Part shown: positions 13,573 through 27,656 of the stretch, piece after piece | Numbering within the stretch: the stretch's first letter is position 1 | Layout: each line of letters begins with the position of its first letter | Origin: Haliotis rubra | Taxonomy: Eukaryota | Direction of reading: 5' to 3' | Assembly (NCBI RefSeq): GCF_003918875.1 | Contig: NW_025767399.1 | Span: forward strand, 124,001 to 188,000 | Length of the DNA: 64,000 nt | Translations under genes and position numbers: made by a program | Notes under the pieces: model-generated | Database searches by the model: none | What the model saw: only the letters and a program-made list of their open reading frames with translations | Told to the model about the DNA's origin: nothing

Positions 13573-13751
13573 GTGAGTTAGTGAGTTTGGCTTTACACCG
13601 CTTTTAGCAATAATCAAGCAATATCACGGCGTGGGACACCATAAATGGGCTTCACCAGAGACCATATACTCTGGCTTCACACATTGTACCCATGTGGGGA
13701 ATCGAACCCGGGTCTTCGAACGCTTTAACCACTAGGCTACCCCGCTTCCCC
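13573..13751 (-). mobile_element. tRNA-derived SINE family B
   Basis: On the minus strand: GGGTAGCCTAGTGGTTAAAGCG (A-box), GGTTCGATTCC (B-box), (ACTC)n tail. Confidence 0.85.
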
Positions 13752-13913
13752 AGATCATGTAGAAGCAGATGCTAAGTGGTGGGACATTAACTGGGACAAG
13801 CTGTCTATTTGGAACTTACTGTTATCTCGAAGTAAAGCTTTGTCCCGCGTATTTATTCAGTTAGGTTGTGATAACAGTTGCATAGATTAATAGTTGAGGG
13901 GGCGTAGTTATGG

Positions 13914-14159
13914 GTGAGTGAGTGAGTGAGTTTAGTTTTTCCTCACTCAACAATATTCCAGCTATATGGTGGCGGTATGTACACAATCGAGCCTGGGCCA
14001 GACAATCCAGTGATCAACTTCATGAGCATCGATCTACGCAACTGGGATACGATGACGTGTGTCAACCAAGTCAGTGAGCCTGACGACCCGATCCCGTTAT
14101 TCGCCTCTTAAGACAAGCATGGTTTGCTGAAGATCAATTCTACCCTGGATTTTCACAGG
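13914..14159 (-). mobile_element. SINE family A, full length
   Basis: Reverse complement matches 2895-3138 and 61811-62082. Confidence 0.85.
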
Positions 14160-17100
14160 CCGGGAGTAATTATGGAAAGTGTGTTGTTAAATGATTGACT
14201 GAGATAGGTTTAATGTCACTTTGAGACGTTTCCTGCTATACCATTGCTTTGTTATGGCCATTCTTTAAGATCTGAATTGTCAGGTAGTGTATTTAACCTA
14301 ACATGTTCTGGGTTAAGAAGGGTAGATGGGTCTATTTGGACAACCACAATAAATCAATAAAGCTTAAGTAATATCAGCTGGTTTGTTGTTACGGGATCAC
14401 AGGGTCGTGTACAGGTCAGCTCCATGTACCGGAAGGTGGTCACTGGAGCATGTCGTTGTGGCACACAACAACCTGAACTCTTCCATACAGTGGCTGAAGG
14501 ACCTTGACTGCCATGTGTGATGTTAGCAGATATTCCAAATTTAAGCATGGGGTATTTGTCCACATAATGTAAGGGGAAAGCTCTGATTGAGACTGGCCTT
14601 GACTAGTACCACCTCCGTGAAATCCCCGTAGACGAACACAAAGATAATATAGGATCATTATTGGCGCAAACGCTTCCATCCCACCATGACATCGCACATC
14701 TATGGGACTGCATTTGCAATGGATGGACGGACAAAGGACAAGTGAGTAATGTCACAGCTGTGTTGAGCATTAAATATCATATCACCATACATGTTTGCAT
14801 GTTAACATTGAACTCATAACCGATAACGGAGCTAATTTCACACGCAATACCCCAGTTTCAAAATTACAACAAAATGTTTAAGATAGATTTTGTCACATTT
14901 AAATCATTTGTGTGGAAGAGGGAGAGCATCAAGAGAGTATTTCCATTAAATACATCATAGACAGACAGACTTTATTAATTCAAGTCATAATTGACCTCTG
15001 GCTGTAGTGCAGAGTAGTCGGTTATATTTGTGGTGATGTGTGATGGACAGCCAAGATTAACCGTAGAGACTACTACTTGGCGAGGATATAATTTAAAAAT
15101 TATTATGACTGTTGTTTCTCAACTTCAGCACTTCACAAACATATTTCACTAAGTTTCTTTGTATGGGGATACTTTCGCATTGATATGATTGCAAATATTT
15201 TAGCATTGGCGGTTTTAAACAATAATGTTGCTTAATATACTAACATCATAACTGTTTATACAAAGGGCATATCAAGACAAAATGGTAGTCGTATTCTATA
15301 TCAATATTTTTACCTTCTAAACAGATTCTTTCACAGCGGGTTTCTGTTGCATCAATGTCTACCAGTTTCTATGGGTAGAGGATGAGAGGATAATCGTTAT
15401 ATTGTTAGTTCACATCTATTTCTAGAGTTTAAAACTTTGTAATGATAATTTCCCAGACAGAATTTCACTTTAAAATCATTATACAAGTAAAGCGAATAAG
15501 ATTTGCCAACATTTTCATACCAGGTTGTCATGTAACTATCTTCTTGGGGCTGTTTTAACGCAGCGCGAAAAGTAGGTACAGTCACACTGAGGGGAGATAA
15601 CCAGTTATGGTGACAGACATTTTCAGATAATAGATGTTTTTTGTAACAATACCGATGACTGGAAATATTGCATGCTTTACCGTATATTTCCATTAAAATA
15701 TAAGGACTCGACGATATACTATACCTTACATCAATATCACACAACATTCACTTGTCTCAGAGTGACTAACGTGAATCTATGTCTTCGTTCAATACACTCC
15801 GTTCGTTTCTAGTCCCAAATTTCACATCCATAGTGCAATACTGGTACAACGCAAGTATCAAATAACTCTGGTGAAAGTTTAACATCTAACTTATTTCCTT
15901 AACCTCATTTACTACCGCATTACAAACTCTAGACCCTCCTCGGCTAACACTTTGATTGACTGAGATTACCATGTAGTATATACCACCGATAACCCTGAAT
16001 AATTAAATTGCTTTTCAATTTCTAATGTAGCTGAATCATACACAAAATGTGAATTTACTTGCTCCTGATATTTTTTAAATATACATTTAATATGTTATAT
16101 TACACCTTAGGATTTCTCACTGTTTACGGGTAATGCCCGTGTTTTATACAGTTAACAAAGAGAGAATCATAGAGGCATAGTTTCGAATACTATTTGGTAG
16201 GGTAATATGGATGGGGTGTGATGAAATAATAGCCGTCATAGAGCAAACCATTTTAATAAGTTTCTTTAAAACTTCAAACGACCTAAGTGTTTCAATGTGT
16301 GTCCAAAGTGCACCGATAGTCTATCTCCTTTGTCTGTTTAATGCATTCAGCAAACTTTCGGCGTATCCCCTCTTATCATAAATACAGACTCGTTCTCGTC
16401 ACTATATGGCTGGAATAATGCCGATGTGACGTAAAGCCCAACTCAACTCAACTCAACTTATCTTAAAACCCTTGATTCTCAAAGCTATCTGTAAATGTCA
16501 ATTAACTCTTCCCTACGTCGGCGGGTATTATGTGTACATGTGCATAGGTCAGCGTCCTTTCATCACATTGCGTAATATGCCTTGCTACAAAACCTGACAG
16601 ATATGATAAGTCAGAGAGACGGTCTCCATGGAGACGAGTTAAGGAGACAGTCTCCAGGGAGACGAGATAAGGAGACGGTCTCCAGCGTAGGAGACGGCCC
16701 AGATTATCGACAGTCTAAGCGGACGGATTGTACGGCTAGTCGTGGCGTCGGTCAAGGCCGTCGCTTCGCCAACGACTACGTCTACGAAGAAGAATCACCG
16801 TCCGACTTCTGCATGTGTGTGAGAGACAGAGCGGGTCCCGATGTGCGTTCTGTCACGTGTCTAACATCAACTTGTACCATTTCGACCATTATTCCCCAAC
16901 CATAATAAACATGGCTGCCGACGTCACCTGACATTTGTCTTCCGTCCGTCAACCACCCTCAACTACCATCCGAGAGCACACCAAACGAATGCTCTTGGTC
17001 AGTAGTGATTGTGATTGTCCTAAATTGTTAATTTCATGTATTTTTTAATTGTTTTAAGTACTTCTCATAGTGATATTATATACTTTTGTTTTGAGAGTTG

Positions 17101-19620
17101 TTTCTAATTGTCTGTTGAGTTGGTGCCAATAAGGGAATAACAACTTCCTCGCTTAGACATCGTATTCATTCTTTTCTATGATGATCGATATACATCGGAT
17201 CTATTCGCTATCTTGACTACATTCAGAGGCCTATGAGAATGAGACGTCACTATAAATATAGAAGGCAAACAGGAGTACCAAATTCGGTTGACCTTCCACT
17301 CGCGCTTTTATGAGCAGACCACATGTTGATCGAAATGAATAGCAATCTTAATCAGAACATTGTTATTGTGTTACCCTGGCGCACAAGATTCCCTTGTTTG
17401 TCACCATTGTGAAATGGCGAGACGTTTACGACGTCGTCCGAATCCCCCAACAGTGCTGCATGAACACCAGAGGCCTATTTTACAATAATCTGTAAGGGCC
17501 AGAGGCTTCGACGTTCACTTTAGTTCATCATAATTGTCGTCATCTTTCTTTTTTGTTTGGAACAAAGTGTTTAATTTATTATTACTATTTTCTATATTTC
17601 AAGAGAATACAAATAAATTCCCCGCCGAAAGGCGGCTTTGTCGAATGTCCATAAGTGGATGCTGGAGCACAAGGATCAGGCCACTCCCCTATCATTCTAT
17701 AATGTTTATATCCTAGGATCAAATCACTTCCCACATGCAACACCCGTCTTTGTGGGATAAAAACACCGTTTATACGTCATGCAGAATGTATCGGCGATAT
17801 TCAGCGCCCTAGTATACCCTAAATAATAGCTTATCCAAACCTTTATATTGGTTATATATACAGAATCAATACTTCATTTATGTGTAGACTGCTGCCATAT
17901 AACCGGAATATTGCTGAGTGCGGCGTAAAACCCAACTCACTCACTCACTCATTTATGTGTCAAAATTTAATACGCATAACGTGAACCCTTGGACCCTTGT
18001 CATCTAATCAATATACTAATACATTTCATGTATTTAATATAGATTGGTGGTGTTTTGACAGCACATACACACTGAATATGTAAGTCACAATCAAAACACG
18101 TTTCAAAATATTAACGTTGTTTGTTTTGAAAACAGTCCCCCCAAACCAGGTGTGTACTTTCTTTTCAGTAGAAAATCTGAAAAACTTTGTTCAATATACA
18201 ACAACGTTAATGATTTATGTCAATCGTATTTCCATGCCGTTGTGCCATCCAACGTATTAACAACGACAAGATGTACAAGATGACAAGATGACAAGAGTAC
18301 AAGATGTATTTACCACACCATTGTCAATTGTTTGAGATTGAGATGATCAAAAGAATTATTACAACTTCCCCACTATATTTCTTAACCGGCAACCGAAAGG
18401 CTAACATTTTACATCCTCGTCCAAAGCACCGATGTAAATCCCTAAAAGCAAGTCTTTTTTACATGGTACTTTGTCCTGCTCCTGTAAACATCCATGTCAA
18501 AACAATATACTTAGTACACATCTTTCGTAAATGCCTCAAATGCACAATCACCAGAAACGTCATGTTCATTATAACTGCTGGCGGGAAATGCACAATACAA
18601 AATATCCTTTTGTGGTCATCAATGGCTAACTGAAATTCAAAATACCTCATTTTCGATAAATAGATTTAAAAACAACTCCCCAACACAGAAAACACCATCT
18701 GCATGACAATATGAACATAGTTTATGATTATACCATAGAAAGTACCGGTGGTCCTCAGAACCGAACCATGTTTACAAACAACATCATACAGCTGTAATAC
18801 TGCTGAAACACATATCTGCTCATGATACAGTCACAACTGCACAATCGACGTTTTTGACAGAAATTTCTTATGAATGTGGAAAGGATTTGTGGCTTTTATG
18901 TTGAAACTGTTGAAGGTCCGAAGAAAGATATCTTTTGCCATTAGTAACGCTTTCAAGTGACCATAACAATGGATATTCATTCAACTTGATATAACTTCAC
19001 ATAGTTTGAAAGGGTATATTGAATGATTGTTCTTCATGGTTACATTTGGCCACTTTCCAAAAGGCGTTGTGAATTCACGATGTAAACCCTAATGCACCAT
19101 TATCCTAAATGTCACAATTCTTTAGCATACACACGTTTTTTATATCTGTGAATAAAGGTGAGCTCCTGTACCCTAGCTATCACGGTTATGTTCAATCTAG
19201 CAAATCATATGTGAAACCATTATCGTCTATTTTGCAGAGTTAGACGTGCTCCAGTTATCAACATCAATTACTCCACCACGGCACAGCAGTCCGATCTCGC
19301 CAGTGAAATTAGAAACTATCGGTAACCTTGTACGTGTAGAAGCCAGCTGTCAGTGCACGTGTATACAACTCCAGAAGAGCACAACATGAATATGACATGT
19401 TGAAAAATTTAGTTGAAATTGACTGTATCAATACAGAGAGAGAGAGAGAGTGATATTTAACGTCCACAAAGCCACTTTAGAACGACATTTCCTTGTCAGC
19501 ACTGTGTGTTAGACTTCTTGAGTTGAATGATGATCTAAGCAGGACAACAGTATATTAACATGGGGATAAGCTGTCATGAAGAAACCGTGTATCATGTAAT
19601 GGTAAGAAACGATATATAAG

Positions 19621-19825
19621 ATGGCGATTTGCACCAATGAACACATTGTGGACTCGGTGTTTATGTTGTTCATCTTCAGCCCATTGGTTGTTTGTTACTG
19701 GAATAGTACCTGGAACCTCACTGAACTATATCTGTTGCCAAGCAACAAGATAGCATCCGCATTGACATCATGGGCAATAAGCATTATATTGATGGTGGCG
19801 TCATATTTCACACAGGACTTTCTGA
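19621..19825 (+). pseudogene. Truncated fuseless-like exon 1 (diverged paralog) fused to the upstream flank of the next copy
   Basis: MAICTNEHIVDSVFMLFIFSPLVVCYWNSTWNL...YFTQDFLN, then a switch to sequence homologous to 9611 onward. Confidence 0.85.
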
Positions 19826-20275
19826 ATGAGGAGACACAAGATGATTGTTTTATGTTTAAAAAGAGGCGCAATCTGTTGTTAAAATTACCCAGTTCATGTT
19901 GAAACATTGTATCAGAATGTCCACCTGTCCAACTTGAATGCGAAGCAGACGACAGCTGGGAGTAGTGCAAGTAACGCATATATGAATATCAACAAAGGAA
20001 AGCGGCAATAGCAGCTACATTAGATATACAATAATATCATCAATACACTGTCATCAATAAACTGTGTACATCAATATGTTACATATCCGTATAATACAAC
20101 AATTTATTGATGCTTAACTTCGTTGTGTCGAGATTTGGTTTGCACTCTGCAACTGTATCAAGTATGGAAGTCGTGTACGACGATCTGATGTTGACAACAC
20201 CGTGTTGGAGGAATACAGAACAACAACCTGATTATACCTATTGTAGGAAACAGTCTTTATAAAACAGTATTCAAT

Positions 20276-21828
20276 ATGGTGTCCACCGTTATAGAACACA
20301 TTGTGGATGCGTTGTTCGTGTTATTCATCTTCAGCCCATTGGTTGTATGTTACTGGAATAGTACCTGGAACCTCATTGGACTATATCTTTTGCCAAGCAA
20401 CAAGATAGCATCCGGATGGATATCGGTGGCAATAAGCATTGTGTTGATGGTGGCGTCATTTTTCACACAGGACGTTTTGAACAAGTATGTCAAGAAAGAA
20501 AAGTACGTGTCCTTTTACCTGGTGTCACGCCTCTTTACCTACGTCATGTCGTTTAGCCAGGTGAGCAACTGGCGAGGGATATGGGAACTTCTCAACCTGT
20601 ACATCGGCATGACAATGCCTGGCTCACTGACAACTCTAGCTATCGGTACTGTAGGTCTGGTTGCCCTTCGTTCGTACAGGAACGTTTTGACGCCACCAGG
20701 AGCTTGGGTTCTTGACGTTGAGACCAACAACTATTTCACCATCCATCTGTTTGGAACAAAGGTAAGTCGAGAAGGGATATGTTAGAGTTGTTGTTGAGTT
20801 GGGTTTTGCGTCACATCGGCATTATCCCAGCCATATAGTGACGAGAACAAGTTTGCATTAATAAACATTGTAAGTGCATACTCGGAATGAGTATTATTTC
20901 AAAAACATATATTCATTACATTGTCATTTAAAAGCAGAAAAAAGTCATAGCACCAAATTTAAAGGCAGGCATGTTAGAAGTGATGTATTGTGTTGTGTTG
21001 CGTTGCGTTGTGTTGTGTTGTGTTGTGTTGTGTTGTATGTTATTCAGTTTAGAACATTGTCCCTAAAGTCCCCTTAAATAAGATAAAAAAGGCGAGATAC
21101 TATTACTATAAAAAGGTGAAACAACTACAGTTAAGGCTTGTTTTGTATGGTACACGCACGCACGCACGCACGCACGCACGCACACACATACACGCACACA
21201 CACACATGATTCTTGAGTTTATCCATCCCCTTTTCATTTTCAGAAGGGCAGCGTCCTGTATGTCATTCACGTGCTCTTCGGTGTGGCTGTGGTGTCGACG
21301 CTGGTAGTGCTGGTCTGGTGGGGTCAGTGGATGATTCTCCAACTCTCCATTTCACCCAACAACGACCTCTGGCGGGGAATCATCGTCTTCAGTGTCGGTA
21401 ACGTGCTGGTAGTTACACTGATCGTCACACAGTTTCCCGCCAGAAAGCTTGCCGGACATCTACACACGACACACCCACTCCTTCAGATAGTGTTCGAGGA
21501 CGCCTGTGTTTTGCTGGTATGCTTCAGTGCTGTGTGTTACTGGCACGGGCTGTGGGCTTTGCTGGGCGTGATGGTCATCGGGTATGATCCCAACTTGACA
21601 CAGTGGTTACTCCATGCTCTAGGGTTTGGAGGGTTAATGCTGTTACGTGTATGTAGGTCTCTACAGTTCATGGGCTACAGTTTCGATGGCGCGTACCCTG
21701 AAGGTATTGGTCTGGTACAGACGCCATCTTACTGCAACACAATCTTGGCATCTCTATGCAGAAGGGAGGTGAGTATACAAGATGTTAGAGCAGCCTATCG
21801 GAGAGAGAGAGAGATTAGTGTATGTTAG
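20276..21828 (+). CDS. Fuseless-like protein, copy 2. Exons 20276-20761 and 21244-21768 (or read-through to 21828)
   Basis: Open frames highly similar to copy 1; GT-AG phase 0. No counterpart of the 13424 exon was seen downstream. Confidence 0.75.
20985..21206. repeat. (TGTTG)n and (GCAC)n/(CA)n microsatellites, also at 29015-29250 with different lengths
   Basis: Directly visible. Confidence 0.9.
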
Positions 21829-24800
21829 TGCATGAGAGACAGAGAGAGAGAGTACACTTTGTTCAGAATAGTTGTTATTGCGATTGTATTAATATAACGT
21901 AGGTACAATGTATTTGTTTGTACATGTGTTCGTTCGCAGTACAGTTTGTTCGTGTGTTGTAGGCGCTGAGTGATGCTATAAGACTGACAGCGTCGACCAG
22001 AACTGTCTATGTGGAAGTAGAGAGCCAGCACAAGCAGATACCAGTATCCTAACCTCCATCCTGTACAAAGCTGAACATGTATACGGCTGGTATTTACCAA
22101 AACAGAGATCAGTCCGGCATCAGTAACCTCGAAACGATTCACATGTGCTGTATACAGTAGACGTGTACGTGTGTCACAGCCTATCAATAGCATATCATCA
22201 CGTACGTAGATTGTACGTTTATCTATGTAGAAGCCAGGAGCCAGGATATAAAACCGAGCGCATGGTTATTGATATGGTGCTATTGTGTTGCGATGGTTGG
22301 ACCATAGCTGGATATAGTTGCAACAAACGTCATTAATAACTGAATCATAGGTTACATAAAACATACCTTGAACTGTTGTCGATTAATATGGTTACTAAGT
22401 CAACAATTCAGACAGACAGATTTTATTTAGTAATGTGGGCCATATGGCCTATGTTACAATGTAGCTGACAGTATAAACTGAGTCAACAGTATACACATCC
22501 CGATATTGTTTCATATAATGCGCCCGTAAAATCTGTCAGGCGCGTAGCCCGATAGATTGCAAAGCTTTAAATTTAGATAGTATTGAGGGTTTGCCCAACC
22601 TTCAGGGGCGGATACAGCTTTTTGAGAAAGGGGGTGGGAGGGTGTTGCACACTATTGAGAAAAGGAGGGTGCATACTTCATTTTCACCCGAGTTTGAATG
22701 GTCATTTAATAAACTTTCATGGTGATCTTTAGCAACATTTATGTATACTCATGCCAATAATGGTTGTCACCCCTTCAATTTTTTAATTGGAGAGGGGTGG
22801 GGGTGATGTGTGTGGGTGTGGGGGAGGGGGGAGAGGTGACAACCATTACTGGCAAGAGTATATAAGCCCGGGCATTTTTATAATGGTAGCTAAGTCCCTG
22901 TGTGGTAATGATCACAAGTGAAGAAATCAGTCGACAATTCGATACTACGTGATACCTCCTAGATTATAATATATTATACACATCTAACTATCATCCATGT
23001 ATATGTTAGACTTTGGCACGAATGCGCTGCCGTAGTATATGGTTACAAATGATCTGTTTTGGTCTGTTTTGACTAATTGAGCACATGTGTAGTACTGAGA
23101 TACCAAAGTTAATTTAGGAACGGAACCAGATCTGCATTCCAGAAGGTTACAAATTCATGTCTTTCAATCACAAAATCTATTCTAATGCTGACGGTATGCG
23201 TACTTTAGATATTTTTACGTTTTGTAACATTAAAATGACAAATGTGGTGTCCATTATGATCCTTTATCGTGTATAAAATATTTGTAAACACGAAGCTGAC
23301 AAACTTGATTTGTTTTCGTCTAAAGACTCTTGTTAAGTGCTCCACGGAACTAGTGGTTGTCCCACCTGGTGTAGCTAGCGTTCATGAAGTGACCTATATC
23401 TTGGGGCAATGGTGTATCTTGGAGTTTTGATGACTAGACTGTTTAAAGGCATGCATGTTCTTTTCTCCAGCAACCAAACATATACTTTGGACCCACAACA
23501 CGGCTGGAATAATGCCGATGTGACGTAAAGCCCAACTCAACTCAACTCAACTTATCTTAAAACCCTTGATTCTCAAAGCTATCTGTAAATGTCAATTAAC
23601 TCTTCCCTACGTCGGCGGGTATTATGTGTACATGTGCATAGGTCAGCGTCCTTTCATCACATTGCGTAATATGCCTTGCTACAAAACCTGACAGATATGA
23701 TAAGTCAGAGAGACGGTCTCCATGGAGACGAGTTAAGGAGACAGTCTCCAGGGAGACGAGATAAGGAGACGGTCTCCAGCGTAGGAGATGGCCCAGATTA
23801 TCGACAGTCTAAGCGGACGGATTGTACGGCTAGTCGTGGCGTCGGTCAAGGCCGTCGCTTCGCCAACGACTACGTCTACGAAGAAGAATCACCGTCCGAC
23901 TTCTGCATGTGTGTGAGAGACGGAGCGGGTCCCGATGTGCGTTCTGTCACGTGTCTAACATCAACTTGTACCATTTCGACCATTATTCCCCAACCATAAT
24001 AAACATGGCTGCCGACGTCACCTGACATTTGTCTTCCGTCCGTCAACCACCCTCAACTACCATCCGAGAGCACACCATACGAATGCTCTTGGTCAGTAGT
24101 GATTGTGATTGTCCTAAATTGTTAATTTCATGTATTTTTTAATTGTTTTTAAGTACTTCTCATAGTGATATTATATACTTGTTTTTGAGAGTTGTTCCTA
24201 ATTGTCTGTTGAGTTGGTCCCAATAAGGGAATAACAACTTCCTCGCTTAGACATCGTATTCATTCTTTTCTATGATGATCGATATACATCGGATCCATTC
24301 GCTATCTTGACTACATTCAGAGGCCTATGAGAATGAGACGTCACTATAAATATAGAAGGCAAATAGGAGTACCAAATTCGGTTGACCTTCCACTCGTGCT
24401 TTTATGAGCAGACCACATGTTGATCGAAATGAATAGCAATCTTAATCAGAACATTGTTACATGTATTGTGTTACCCTGGCGCACAAAATTCCCTTGTTTG
24501 TCACCATTGTGAAATGGCGAGACGTTTACGACGTCGTCCGAATCCCCCAACAGTGCTGCATGAACACCAGAGGCCTATTTTACAATAATCTGTAAGGGCC
24601 AGCGGCTTCGACGTTCACTTTAGTTCATCATAATTGTCGTCATCTTTCTTTTTTGTTTGGAACAAAGTGTTTAATTTATTATTATTATTTTCTATATTTC
24701 AAGAGAATACAAATAAATTCCCCGCCGAAAGGCGGCTTTGTCGAATGTCCATAAGTGGATGCTGGAGCACAAGGATCAGGCCACTCCCCTATCATTCTAT

Positions 24801-25736
24801 AATGTTTATATCCTAGGAGCAAATCACTTCCCACATGCAACACCCGTCTTTGTGGGATAAAAACACCGCTTATACGTCATGCAGAATGTATCGGCGATAT
24901 TCAGCGCCCTAGTATACCCTAAATAATAGCTTATCCAAACCTTTATATTGGTCATATATATACAGAATCAATACTTCATTTATGTGTAGACCGCTGCCAT
25001 ATAACCGGAATATTGCTGAGTGCGGCGTAAAACCCAACTCACTCACTCACTCACTCATTTATGTGTCAAGATTTAATACGCATAACGTGAACCCTTGGAC
25101 GCTTGTCATCTAATCAGTATACTAATACATTTCATGTATTTAATATAGATTGGTGGTGTTTTGACAGCACATACACACTGAATATGTAAGTCACAATCAA
25201 AACACGTTGTTTGTTTTGAAAACAGTCCCCCCAAACCAGGTGTGTACTTTCTTTTCAGTAGAAAATCTGAAAAACGTTGCACAATATACAACAACGTTAA
25301 TGATTTATAATCGTATTTCCATGCCATGGCACCATCCAACGTATTAACAACGACAAGATGGGGTATACGAAATGAGTACAAGATGTATTTACCACACCAT
25401 TGTCAAATTTTAAAGAGATGATCAGAAGAATTATTACAGCTTCTCCACTATATTTCTTAACCGGCAACCGAAGGGCTAACATTTTACATCCTCGTCCAAG
25501 GGACCGATGTAGATCCCGAAACGCAAGTCTTTTCAGAGCTTATATGGTACTTTGTCCTGCTCTTGTGAACATCCATGTGAAAACAATATACACTTCTTTC
25601 GTAAATGCCTCAAATGCACAATCACCAGAAACGTCATGTTCATTATAACTGCTGGCGGTAAATGCACAATACAAAATATCCTTTTGTGGTCATCAATGGC
25701 TAACTGAAATTCAAAATACCTCATTTTTTATAAATA

Positions 25737-25906
25737 GTGAGTGAGTGAGTGAGTTTGGTTTTACGCCGCTTTTAGCAATATTCCAGCAATATCACGGCGG
25801 GGGACACCAGAAATGAGCTTCACACATTGTACCCATGTGGGGAATCGAACCCTGGTCTTCGGCGTGACCAGCGAACGCTTTAACCATCAGGCTACCCCAC
25901 CGCCCC
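25737..25906 (-). mobile_element. tRNA-derived SINE family B, present only in duplication unit 2
   Basis: A/B boxes and (ACTC)n tail; empty site at ~18650-18665; TSD-like TTT.[T/C][A/G]ATAAATAG. Confidence 0.9.
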
Positions 25907-26135
25907 TTTACGATAAATAGATTTAAAAACAACTCCTCAACACAGAAAACACCATGTGCATGACAATATGAACATATACTGTATAGTATATAATTATAAC
26001 ATAGATAGTAAGGGTGTGCCTCCGCGTTTCTTCAACCGATGTGAAATTGATCTAATGTTTGTAATAACATGGTTCAGAACCGAACCATGTTTACAAACAA
26101 CATCATACAGCTGTAATACTTCTGAAACACATATC

Positions 26136-26497
26136 AAAGCTCAGGTCACAAATCGGTGAAGTTAAGCAACGTCGAGGTCGGAGAGTCCTTGGATGGGTGA
26201 CCGTGCTTGGCAGCTTGGCTCCTGAGAGTTTCTAGGACTTCAGTCCTGCCCCACAACGAAGCAAATGTGACACATGTGGTCTCACCTTAGGCAAGTGAGT
26301 TTGTTCAACATTGTCTCTGTTCACCGAGCAGGAAAATGGGTACCCGGTGGGATAAGTCATGTGACTATAACCTTCTAGCCCCTAACAGGCAGCTTGGGTT
26401 ATCCGGGGTAATAATATGTGTGCTGTAGCGCCTTGAACGAGCATTGAATGCACGGATATAGGCGCGGTTACAAATACCCACTATTATTATTATTATC
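26136..26497 (+). mobile_element. 5S-rRNA-headed SINE with Deu/Nin-like central domain and L2-type tail
   Basis: GAAGTTAAGCAACGTCGAGGTCGGAGAGTCCTTGGATGGGTGACCG resembles the 5S A/IE/C boxes. TCTGTTCACCGAGCAGGAAAATGGGTACC is Nin-like. GCGCCT..AGGCGC stem plus (TAT)n tail. Empty site at ~18816. Confidence 0.75.
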
Positions 26498-26720
26498 TGC
26501 TCATGATACAGTCACAACTGCACAATCGACGTTTTTGACAGAAATTTCTTATGAATGTGGAAAAGATTTGTAACTTTTTATGTTGAAACTGTTGAATGTC
26601 CGAAGAAAGATATCGTTTGCCATCAGTAACGATTTCAAGTGACAATAACAATGGATATTCATTCAACTCGATATAGCCTCACATAGTTTAAATGGGTATA
26701 TTGAATGATTGTTCTTGATG

Positions 26721-27069
26721 CAGGGCTCCAGATAAGGGCCGTATCGGCGTATGTACGGATAAAAAATATGCACGATACGGTAGGAAATAATTTAGAAAAC
26801 GTAGCAGATACGCACCACAGCAATGGTGTACGGTCTTAGAATCATTTACAGACGTATTTATCTGAAAAAAAGTATGTTTTATAGTTTATTGACCTGTTTA
26901 CACAAGAGTAGCAATGTTGTGGTGCATATATGAAACGAAACACAAGATTACTGATAGTCCATTAGCTTCCATTCAGTACTCTAAATGTACCCTTAAGGTT
27001 TTCCAGTACTCAATATTGAACAAATAAGAAGTACATACTCCTGATGTTGAAAAATTATCTGGAGCCCTG
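26721..27069 (+). mobile_element. MITE, TIR CAGGGCTCCAGATAA, 7-bp TSD
   Basis: Perfect 15-bp TIRs; TSD CTTGATG/CTTCATG; empty site at ~19032; second copy at 39975-40316. Confidence 0.9.
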
Positions 27070-27656
27070 CTTCATGGTTACATTTGACCACTTTCCAAAT
27101 GCGTTGTGAATTCACGATGTCAACCCTAAAGCACCATTATCCTAAATGCCACAATTCTTTAGCATACACACGTTTTAATATCTGGGAATAAAGGTGAGCT
27201 CCTGTACCCTAGCTATCACGGTTATGTTCAATCTAGCAAATCATATGTGAAACCATTATCGTCTATTTTGCAGAGTTAGACGTGCTCCAGTTATCAACAT
27301 CAGTTACTCCACCACGGCACAGCAGTCCGATCTCGCCAGTGAAATTAGAAACTATTGGTAACCTTGTACGTGTAGAAGCCAGCTGTCAGTGCACGTGTAT
27401 ACAACTCCAGAAGAGCACAACATGAATATGACATGTTGAAAAATTTAGTTGAAATTGACTGTATCAATACAGAGAGAGAGAGAGAGTGATATTTAACGTC
27501 CACAAAGCCACTTTAAAACGACATTTCCTTGTCAGCACTGTGTGTTAGACTTCTTGAGTTGAATGATGATCTAAGCAGGACAACATTATATGAACATGGG
27601 GATAAGCTGTCATGAAGAAACCGTGTATCATGTAATGGTAAGAAACGATATATAAG

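Noticed and set aside
16582-16905. 107-aa ORF conserved in two copies (also 23676-23999)
   Set aside because: Conservation reflects the recent duplication; TTG start, repeat-like sequence and no recognisable domain.
25737-25906. tRNA genes at A/B-box sites
   Set aside because: tRNA-derived SINE heads with tails and TSDs; no complete cloverleaf.
26150-26205. 5S rRNA gene
   Set aside because: Only a partial, diverged 5S segment, embedded in a SINE insertion.
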